From NCBI GenBank assembly GCA_041736175.1, contig JBGSUI010000104.1, positions 1-24,874 on the forward strand: a DNA stretch of 24,874 nucleotides. The letters are read 5' to 3'. Each line of letters begins with the position of its first letter. The first letter of the stretch is position 1. Position numbers and translations under genes: made by a program. This document shows, one piece after another, positions 18,307-24,874 of the stretch. Below the pieces are notes generated by a model. That model ran no database searches and was not told the origin of the DNA. It saw only the letters and a list, made by a program, of their open reading frames with translations. This stretch comes from Oligoflexales bacterium. Lineage in GTDB: Bacteria; Bdellovibrionota_B; Oligoflexia; Oligoflexales; CAIYRB01.

Positions 18307-19827
18307 TTATGGCAATCTTGGTAGGATCCATGGCTTGCAAGTAAGCCGCTTTTTTTGGCAGGCCTTCACCAGATCTCCAGAAGTGGTCTTGCCCCAAGCT
18401 GACTGATATACAGCGATGCTAGCCACGGCAAGAGCCGAGGCTGCTGAGGTGCCATAGTGGTTGATCGTTGAGACCGTAGCTTGGATCCCGTCGGCAGCGG
18501 AGTTGGCGGAAGGGGGTTGGGTGGTCTCAAGATTGGCGAAGCTGACCATGGATTCCAGCCATAAATCAGGTTTAGGTCGTCTAGAAGCGGTCAACCTTGT
18601 CCCTAAACTGTTATTGTTAAGGAATGCTCCCGAATAGTCCACATCCGATGCGCCAATGGCCAAAACATCCGGGTGATCTGCTGGTATGGGCAAGCTATCA
18701 TCGGGAGTGCCATCGGGCATGCGTAGGCCCATTCCGGTCGCTGTGACACGAAAGGAAATTTTTTTAGCACCGTTCTCCCCTAGCGCGGGAGAATCGCCGC
18801 CGGCATACTGGACTTTTACATAGTAGATCCCACTATCGAGGACTGTCTCAAGAGACTCACGAGCATGGGCTGAGAAACCAGGGAACTCTGTATCCTCGCC
18901 ACCGGTTTGGGCCAGGCGACTTTCTTGGATTCGCTTTCCATTGGTGTCTTCTAGAATCAGATCAAAATCTAACTCTGTTTTGTAATCTTTAGTATCTTTA
19001 AAATCACCCCAAGAGAGCACGATTTTAGTTGGAGTTTGATTTTGGGGAACCACGATTTTTAGGGAGTCTGCTCCCTTACTAAATTCCACTAATCCGCCTA
19101 ATTTGGCTTCGGCCATTCCCGAATAGGTCGAACGACCAGCATTCCCTGATGCATTGATCCACATAATGCCAGCTTTTGTAGCCCGGGAGACTTCGGCATT
19201 GATAAAACCGAATCCATCAAATTGACCTCCAAACTCCCATACCTGGGCGTAGAGAATCATGTCAAGTTTCAGTTCGATCGCTCGGTCGATGGCGGTCTTA
19301 AAATTGGAAAAACCGTTAGTATTAAATAGGTAAAGCTCAGGATGGCCGATGTTTTGGTTAAACTCAACACTCCCGGTGGTTGCGGCATAGATCATTTCTG
19401 CCATTTTTGTCCCGTGGCTTGAGACTTGGAGGCGGGGATCGAACGCTTTTTCCATCTTGATATGGGGCGGAAGCCGTTTGCCTAAACTATCGCTAAGTCC
19501 TGCAAACCCATTGTCGAAGATGCCTATTTTTAAGTTGGCACCGTGGTAACCTTGGGCATGATAGTTTTTAAGATTAAGCCGAGTCGCGATCGATTCGAGA
19601 TTCGTTAGCGCACCTAGATCTAAAGGGAGGTCTTCGATAGATTGGGAGGGAAGTGATTTTACAACTAAAGGAGAGGTGTTTGGGGATGCTTCGGCTTCAG
19701 GTCGTAGGTCTTCTGCTTGGTTTTTGTGGGAGTCCTCGCCACATGACATAGGGAGCAAGAGTATGTTCCACAGAAACATCTGCAATAAAAATTTCAAGGA
19801 GATCTTGGAGCTATACGGTGCAAACAT
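18307..19827 (-). CDS. S8 (subtilisin-like) serine peptidase, predicted lipoprotein
   Basis: Triad motifs IGIFDNGF (Asp), SHGTKMA (His) and GTSAASA (Ser); oxyanion NASGN; V.AIGA and KPDL; lipobox-like LLPMS-C. The start is uncertain (ORF open to 19866). Confidence 0.8.
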   Translation of the reverse strand: MFAPYSSKISLKFLLQMFLWNILLLPMSCGEDSHKNQAEDLRPEAEASPNTSPLVVKSLPSQSIEDLPLDLGALTNLESIATRLNLKNYHAQGYHGANLKIGIFDNGFAGLSDSLGKRLPPHIKMEKAFDPRLQVSSHGTKMAEMIYAATTGSVEFNQNIGHPELYLFNTNGFSNFKTAIDRAIELKLDMILYAQVWEFGGQFDGFGFINAEVSRATKAGIMWINASGNAGRSTYSGMAEAKLGGLVEFSKGADSLKIVVPQNQTPTKIVLSWGDFKDTKDYKTELDFDLILEDTNGKRIQESRLAQTGGEDTEFPGFSAHARESLETVLDSGIYYVKVQYAGGDSPALGENGAKKISFRVTATGMGLRMPDGTPDDSLPIPADHPDVLAIGASDVDYSGAFLNNNSLGTRLTASRRPKPDLWLESMVSFANLETTQPPSANSAADGIQATVSTINHYGTSAASALAVASIAVYQSAWGKTTSGDLVKACQKKRLTCKPWILPRLP

Positions 19828-19990
19828 GGGTCCCATCCCCTCTAAACAAATAAATAATAAAGACATATTGTTTATACGTAATTTCTATGTACAAATCAAT
19901 ATATATCTTATAAAATACACTAAACATAATAATTACAGGATACTGGGTGATATCCTGTAAAAGAAAAAGAGGGCGGACTTGGCTCGGTTT

Positions 19991-20362
19991 TTATGGTTTG
20001 CTGGCGGGGGACGAACCTGAGCTCGATGAGGTTGTGGAACTCGTCGCAGCGGGTTTGCTGTCTCCCCCACTCGTGGAGCTAGCTTCAGATTTTGAGGGAG
20101 TGGCCGCCTCGGAAGCGGGTTTGGCGTCGCCGTCACTCGCCGCGGGTTTATCTGTGGCGGCAGCACCGTTCTTTTTGTTAGAGTCTCTAAAATCAGTCAC
20201 GTACCAACCGCTGCCCTTTAGGATAAAGCCGGTCTTGGACATGAGTTTAACCATCGGGCCCTGGTTGCAGGACAGACATGATTCCGGTGCTGGATCAGAA
20301 ATTTTCTGCATCATCTCTTTGACAGTACCGCAGGATTGGCATTGGTATTCATAGATTGGCAA
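19991..20362 (-). CDS. FmdB family zinc-ribbon protein
   Basis: TTG start at 20362 gives MPIYEYQCQSCG...CLSC...KLMS..GF.LKGSGWY.TD, followed by a Ser/Ala/Thr-rich tail. Confidence 0.9.
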   Translation of the reverse strand: MPIYEYQCQSCGTVKEMMQKISDPAPESCLSCNQGPMVKLMSKTGFILKGSGWYVTDFRDSNKKNGAAATDKPAASDGDAKPASEAATPSKSEASSTSGGDSKPAATSSTTSSSSGSSPASKP

Positions 20363-20472
20363 GGCACATTCTCGCTTTTTATCAAGTCGTTTGGAACAAC
20401 GGAAAAGGATGAATCGGATCACCCACTGCTTAATTTGATTCTTTATGGGAGACTGTCAAGTCTCAAAGCTTA

Positions 20473-20513
20473 AAAAGCGGCTCAAGGTCTCGGGGCCTTT
20501 TTGAGTCGCTTTT
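20473..20513. terminator. terminator-like hairpin between ihfB and the FmdB gene
   Basis: AAAAGCGGCTCAA(20473-85) pairs with TTGAGTCGCTTTT(20501-13), with A/T tracts at both feet. Confidence 0.6.
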
Positions 20514-20582
20514 GCATCTAGGGAGTAAAAAACTCCAAGGAACTCAGGGGAGCTCAAGGGAGCAATGAAGTGAACAGAAAGG

Positions 20583-20882
20583 TTAGCCTTTAGAACTTTC
20601 GGGAAAAGCTGAGTCCACCCGCTGCTTAAGCTCCATCCCTGTTTTCCAAAAGGGCAGCCGCTTGGGTGGAACCGTAATCTTTTCGCCGGTCTTTGGATTT
20701 CGGCCCTCATAGGCTTTGTATTCTCTAACCGTAAAGGCACCGAACCCGCGGATTTCCACCCTGTGACCACCGCAAAGAGTGTCGGTCACGGCGTCAAAAA
20801 AAAGATCCACCACCTCTTCAGCTTTAGCGAGAGTGATATCGGCTCTTTCTGCAAGGCTTTCGATGAGCTCAGACTTAACCAT
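20583..20882 (-). CDS. ihfB: integration host factor beta subunit (HU/IHF family)
   Basis: M.KSELIE.L, RVEIRGFG.F, GRNPKTGE and P.WK.G.ELK.RVD. Confidence 0.85.
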   Translation of the reverse strand: MVKSELIESLAERADITLAKAEEVVDLFFDAVTDTLCGGHRVEIRGFGAFTVREYKAYEGRNPKTGEKITVPPKRLPFWKTGMELKQRVDSAFPESSKG

Positions 20883-20969
20883 ATTCTTTTGTCTCCCAGT
20901 ATCGTCCGTGTATCTTCTGTGACTTCAAAGCTTCAGCCTGGAATGACTCTCCAGGTGGAACCGAAAACA

Positions 20970-20999
20970 AGTCTATCAGGAAGTCCGGGGACTTGGCAA
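20970..20999 (-). promoter_or_regulatory. putative sigma70-type promoter of ihfB
   Basis: Minus strand TTGCCA (20999-20994), N18, TAGACT (20975-20970). Confidence 0.4.
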
Positions 21000-21042
21000 C
21001 TAATTTGGGACTTATTTTTAGCTGCGGAAGAACAGGGACTCC

Positions 21043-21067
21043 TTGACAGTTGGGATAGTCCTGTCAA
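21043..21067. promoter_or_regulatory. perfect inverted repeat TTGACAG-N11-CTGTCAA, candidate operator
   Basis: Directly visible palindrome 44 nt upstream of accA in the divergent ihfB/accA spacer. Confidence 0.4.
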
Positions 21068-21111
21068 TGTTAGGTTGAAGATGAACTCCTGCTGAGGATC
21101 GGACCCAATTC

Positions 21112-22095
21112 ATGGAATATATCCCTCTAGAAAAACCCCTGGCGCTTCTGGAAACCAACATCGACGAACTCAGGCGCACCGCTGCCGTCCAGGCGATCAA
21201 CTTGGATGTGGAGATCCAGGAGCTGGAAAAAAAAGCGAAGGTCTTGCGCCAGGAGATGTTTTCACGGCTCAATGCCTATGAAACTACCCAAGTATCCAGG
21301 CATCCTCGCAGACCTAATGCCTTGGAGCTTATCTCGTGCCTTTGCTCGGATTTTGTTGAGCTTCACGGCGACCGCAATTTCTTAGACGACAAGGCCATCG
21401 TGGCAGGTCTGGCAAAGATCGACCAGATTCCTATCGTCGTGATCGGTCACCAAAAAGGCCGGGGGACCAAAGACAATATTTATCGTAATTTTGGTATGCC
21501 AAAACCTGAGGGTTTTCGAAAAGCACTGCGCATCATGTCGATGGCCGAGAGGTTTAAACTACCTATCGTCACTTTTGTCGACACTCCCGGTGCCTACCCA
21601 GGGGTGGGTGCCGAAGAAAGGGGTCAATCAGAGGCTATCGCAAAAAACATCATGGTTATGTCACAGCTTTCTGTGCCGGTCATCTCTTTTGTTATAGGGG
21701 AGGGGGGGAGCGGGGGCGCCCTAGCTTTGGGGGTCGCAAATCGGGTCTATATGCTTCAATATTCTATTTATTCGGTGATTTCGCCCGAGGGATGTGCGTC
21801 GATTCTCATGAAGGATGCAGCTAGGGCGCCTCAAGCCGCCGAGGCCCTTAAGCTGACAGCTCCCAGTGCCCTTGCCCACGGAGTGATCGACGGAATCGTT
21901 GAGGAGCCTGAAGGTGGGGCGCACCGCAATATCGAAAAAACCGCTTTGGCAATCCGTGCTATCATGCTCCGTGATTTACGGGAACTCAATCTTTGGGATG
22001 CAGAAAAAATTCAAGCCCACCGGATGGAGAAATATATGAAGATAGGCCCCTACACCCAGGGCGAAACCATTGCAGCCGAACAAGAACCTCGATAA
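21112..22095 (+). CDS. accA: acetyl-CoA carboxylase carboxyltransferase subunit alpha
   Basis: RHP.RP, ELHGDR.F.DD.AIV, GHQKGR, RNFGMP.PEG.RKALR, DTPGAYPG.GAEERGQ and GEGGSGGALA. Confidence 0.98.
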   Translation: MEYIPLEKPLALLETNIDELRRTAAVQAINLDVEIQELEKKAKVLRQEMFSRLNAYETTQVSRHPRRPNALELISCLCSDFVELHGDRNFLDDKAIVAGLAKIDQIPIVVIGHQKGRGTKDNIYRNFGMPKPEGFRKALRIMSMAERFKLPIVTFVDTPGAYPGVGAEERGQSEAIAKNIMVMSQLSVPVISFVIGEGGSGGALALGVANRVYMLQYSIYSVISPEGCASILMKDAARAPQAAEALKLTAPSALAHGVIDGIVEEPEGGAHRNIEKTALAIRAIMLRDLRELNLWDAEKIQAHRMEKYMKIGPYTQGETIAAEQEPR

Positions 22096-22112
22096 ACCTA
22101 ACGGAGCTGACC

Positions 22113-23498
22113 ATGGACCAAAAAAAGTCGATCACCATCCATCCCGAAACCCCATCTCCAGCAGGGAAGTCCCGCGAGTCCCTCCGACTGAGTATCGAGT
22201 GCCCTCCAGACAAATCTTTGACCCACCGTTGCTTGATTTTTGCAGCGATGGCTAAAGGCCAGAGCACCATTGCAAGCCCCCTTCTCGGAGCCGACTGCAG
22301 GTCGACCTTAGGTGCGCTGATCGAACTGGGTGTTCAAGGGACCGTCAAACCCCGAACTCCTACGGAGCCGGCTAAGATCTTCATCAACTCCAAAGGCTGG
22401 GATGGATTTAAATCCCCCCTTAAGCCCCTTGATTTTGGAAACAGCGGGACAACAACGCGGCTGATGCTCGGCGTCCTGGCTTCGACACCTGGTCTTTTTG
22501 CAACTATGTGGGGCGACGCAAGCCTTAGCAACCGTCCTATGGGTCGGGTGGTCGAGCCCCTTCGTCGCGCTGGAGCCCATATTGTCGGTAGAGATCGGGG
22601 TGGCAAATTGCCATTGGCTATCGATGGTCGTTCCCTTGTGCCCTGTGCCCACGAGACCGACAAGGCTTCGGCCCAAGTGAAAAGTGCCCTGATTCTGGCG
22701 GCCCTCAATATCGAGGGCGAAACCACCTTGCGACTGCCACGGGGCAGCAGGGACCATACCGAAAAAGTGCTGATGTCCCTCGGAGCTTCGATTCGGGTCG
22801 AACATCGAGGAGCGGACGAATGGATTGCCGTCAAGGGACCTTTTCGCCCTGAGCCTAAGGACTTTCAAGTGCCAGGGGACCCATCGTCGGCCGCCTTTTT
22901 TTGTGTGTTAGGGGCGATTCGACCGGAAGGGGAGGTGACCGTCCGCGGAGTTCTTAAAAATCCCACTCGGACCGGGTTTCTCCAAGTCCTAAACAGGATG
23001 GGGCTTAAAATCTCCCAAGAGGAAGGTGCCTCTCACGTTAATCCTAATCTCGTCGAACCCGTGGTGGACCTTAAGATCCTAGGTGGGCAGACCTTAAGCT
23101 CGGTGGAGGTCGAGCCCGAATTGATCCCTAAGCTTATCGATGAGGTTCCTATATTAGCCGTGGCGGCGTCTTTTGCGTCGGGAACCAGTCGTTTTAGGTC
23201 GATTGGGGAACTCAGGGTCAAAGAATCAGATCGCCTTCAAAAAACCATCGAACTCATCAACAGCTCCGGCCAAGGCCGTAAGGCGTGGGCCGAAGGGGAT
23301 GACCTCCTGGTCCAAGGGTCTTCAACTCCTCCAGATGGTTTTCAGTACGATCCAGACCAGGATCACCGGATGGCCATGGCCGCTTCGATTTTAGCTAAGG
23401 TGGCTCGGAGTCCATGTACGATTCAAGACCCACAGTGTGTCGTTGTCAGTTTTCCCGAATTTTTTAATTTTTTAGGTGAATCCTTTGATGAAACCTAA
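22113..23498 (+). CDS. aroA: 3-phosphoshikimate 1-carboxyvinyltransferase (EPSP synthase)
   Basis: PDKSLTHR, GNSGTT.RL, GD.SL..RPM.RV, ASAQVKSA, SRDHTE, NPTR, ELRVKESDR and DHRMAM; ATG at 22113 with GGAG RBS. Confidence 0.97.
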   Translation: MDQKKSITIHPETPSPAGKSRESLRLSIECPPDKSLTHRCLIFAAMAKGQSTIASPLLGADCRSTLGALIELGVQGTVKPRTPTEPAKIFINSKGWDGFKSPLKPLDFGNSGTTTRLMLGVLASTPGLFATMWGDASLSNRPMGRVVEPLRRAGAHIVGRDRGGKLPLAIDGRSLVPCAHETDKASAQVKSALILAALNIEGETTLRLPRGSRDHTEKVLMSLGASIRVEHRGADEWIAVKGPFRPEPKDFQVPGDPSSAAFFCVLGAIRPEGEVTVRGVLKNPTRTGFLQVLNRMGLKISQEEGASHVNPNLVEPVVDLKILGGQTLSSVEVEPELIPKLIDEVPILAVAASFASGTSRFRSIGELRVKESDRLQKTIELINSSGQGRKAWAEGDDLLVQGSSTPPDGFQYDPDQDHRMAMAASILAKVARSPCTIQDPQCVVVSFPEFFNFLGESFDET

Positions 23499-23548
23499 TA
23501 GGTTATTTACCTGAACGCAAACTTTTCGGAAGCTAGGTGATTCGATTC

Positions 23549-24277
23549 ATGTCTCTTCGACCTATTATTATTGCTGTAGATGGACCTGCAGGATCTGGAA
23601 AAAGTAGCATCTGTGCGGCAGCAGCGCAAAAGCTAGGGTGGATGACCCTTAATACCGGGATGATTTACAGAGCTGCGGCCTATGTGGGTGTGATCCGGAA
23701 GGTGATTGAACCGCAAAAAGGTCCCAAGTCTCCCCAAGTCTTTCGGGTGGACGAGCTTGCCATGGGTCGCCTCGCGAGAGAGTTAGCACAAGATCTCAAG
23801 TGGGACTCTAGTAAACAGGGACTTGAGTGGCAGGGTAAACTTCTTGGTTCGGATCTAGACGATCCCACGATTGCAGGGGCAGCCAGTCTGATCGCTAAAA
23901 TGGCTGGGGTGCGAGAGGCCCTGCTGGATATCCAAAGGACTCTGGCCTTGGCTGCGCCCCGAGGGATTTTTGTGGATGGTCGTGATATCGGTACTGTTGT
24001 GTTTCCTGACGCGGAGCTTAAGATTTTTTTTACGGCTACTTTAGAGGTGAGGGCCAAAAGACGTCTAGACCAACTCTCAGGACCGACCTCGGGAGCAGAA
24101 GTAGCCCTAGAGGAGATTCGTAATGCCATCGCCTATCGTGATCACCAGGACCAGTCCCGTCAGAGTGCTCCCCTTAAAAAGGCTGACGATGCTGTCGAGT
24201 TTGATACAAGTCTCTGGAGTTTTGATGAGTCCGTTGAGCAGTTAATCGCTCTGATCCAAAAGCTAAATCTTTGCTAA
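23549..24277 (+). CDS. cmk: cytidylate kinase
   Basis: IAVDGPAGSGKS, TG.IYRA, VDGRDIGTVVFPDA.LKIF and RD..D..R..APL. Confidence 0.96.
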   Translation: MSLRPIIIAVDGPAGSGKSSICAAAAQKLGWMTLNTGMIYRAAAYVGVIRKVIEPQKGPKSPQVFRVDELAMGRLARELAQDLKWDSSKQGLEWQGKLLGSDLDDPTIAGAASLIAKMAGVREALLDIQRTLALAAPRGIFVDGRDIGTVVFPDAELKIFFTATLEVRAKRRLDQLSGPTSGAEVALEEIRNAIAYRDHQDQSRQSAPLKKADDAVEFDTSLWSFDESVEQLIALIQKLNLC

Positions 24278-24481
24278 CACCCCTCCCCCTTAGAACTTAA
24301 GGACGAGGGTTTGATCGCATATAATTCTCCCAATCGAGACCCATGTGTTTAGGGTTCCCCCTTGGGCCGGGTGCTCTGAACCGTTGAGTCTGGTCATAAA
24401 TGGATTTTTTTGATATTCTGTCTAAAATCAACGAGGACAGAGAATTCGACAACTTTATCTCATGACAAGTGGGCAACACCT

Positions 24482-24709
24482 ATGAATGATGATTCAAGAT
24501 ACACGCCTTCCTATCCTTACCACGCCGGTTCTTCTAACTCTAACAACCCAAACCAAGTAGTTGTTGCAGAACCAATGGTCGCTGATCTCACATCTCCAAT
24601 CGCGGAAATTCCAACAGAGGCCACTCTGTCTCTCCCATTGAACAGATGTTCGCCGCAATCTCGCTCCTTCAGGGGCGAGAAAAGGCGAACCGCTAAGGAT
24701 TTACGCTAG
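24482..24709 (+). pseudogene. short ORF, probably a gene 5' end interrupted at ~24642 by an insertion
   Basis: MNDDSRYTPSYPYHAGSSNSNNPNQVVVAEPMVADLTSPIAEIPTEATLSLPLN then reads through the hairpin and stops; amino-acid composition changes abruptly at the junction. Confidence 0.35.
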
Positions 24710-24874
24710 GAAATCCGCCGCCACAGTGGTACAGAAGTATGTATGGCGAGAGCCAGCTCTTTGACAATTAAGTTAGGTATGGGTTCTGCAAACGATTCCT
24801 TTTGCAGGTAAAAACCTGAAGGTAGCGTCGAGTATACTTGTACGGCTATACTCATTGCTGAGAGGCACAATTAA
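24643..24874 (+). mobile_element. putative left end of an IS200/IS605-family element (truncated by window edge)
   Basis: Nested hairpin GTTCGCC-gcaa-TCTCGCTCC-TTCA-GGGGCGAGA-aaa-GGCGAAC (24648-24690) lies a few nt 3' of TTGAA (24638-42). No terminal inverted repeat is visible and there is no transposase in the window. Confidence 0.55.
24747..24874 (+). ncRNA. candidate structured non-coding RNA (partial)
   Basis: Consecutive stems TGGGTT-CTGCAAA/TTTGCAG-AACCTG (24780-24818) and TAGCG..GAGTATA/TATACTC..TGCTG (24823-24860). G.U pairs favour the plus strand. No long ORF. Confidence 0.5.

Noticed and set aside
19947..20354. 135-aa plus-strand ORF and other short overlapping ORFs throughout
   Set aside because: Antisense or alternate-frame shadows of well-supported genes.
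21993..22112. 40-aa N-terminal extension of the aroA ORF (similar extensions on batE, fusA, FmdB and cmk)
   Set aside because: For aroA and batE the extension overlaps the upstream gene. In all cases a downstream start with an RBS, translational coupling or a family-typical N-terminus fits better.
24300..24400. Weak hairpins and a GACCAGACTCA motif after cmk (6S RNA or HEARO-like?)
   Set aside because: No long closing stem with central bubble, and no further HEARO-like elements. The 60-aa minus ORF there has no recognisable features.
24510..24710. Minus-strand ATCCTTAGCG...TAAGGAT resembling a retron msr-msd a1/a2 pair
   Set aside because: Only 7 bp of complementarity, no long msd stem and no reverse transcriptase in the window.
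24690..24745. AAATCCGCCGCCA resembling the group I intron Q element (IStron idea)
   Set aside because: No convincing P, R or S elements in the visible sequence, and the putative target ends in A rather than the U needed for the P1 U.G pair. It cannot be fully excluded without downstream sequence.

Overview
Mostly ordinary chromosomal housekeeping DNA from a bacterium that looks 'deltaproteobacterial' (Bdellovibrionota/Oligoflexia-like; inferred from the stand-alone spd-type EF-G, the Bat operon layout and GroEL style). The left ~2.4 kb is an accessory patch: a truncated MDR-oxidoreductase 3' end, a VOC/PhnB-family gene and an AAA_14/DUF4143 ATPase. Next come groEL-groES (minus), a TPR/2-TM membrane gene, and a complete MoxR-DUF58-DUF4381-like-BatA-BatB/C fusion-BatD-BatE operon followed by pyrE. 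The middle and right hold a small orphan ORF, fusA, a membrane-anchored helical-repeat orphan, a subtilisin-like lipoprotein, an FmdB zinc-ribbon gene, ihfB, and accA-aroA-cmk. The most interesting feature is the last ~240 bp. It contains a nested hairpin with a TTCA loop just 3' of TTGAA, resembling an IS200/IS605 left end. A boxA-like motif and a densely base-paired plus-strand non-coding segment follow and run off the window. This is a candidate transposon-borne structured (omegaRNA-like) RNA that appears to interrupt an ORF. No tRNA, rRNA or CRISPR array was seen.
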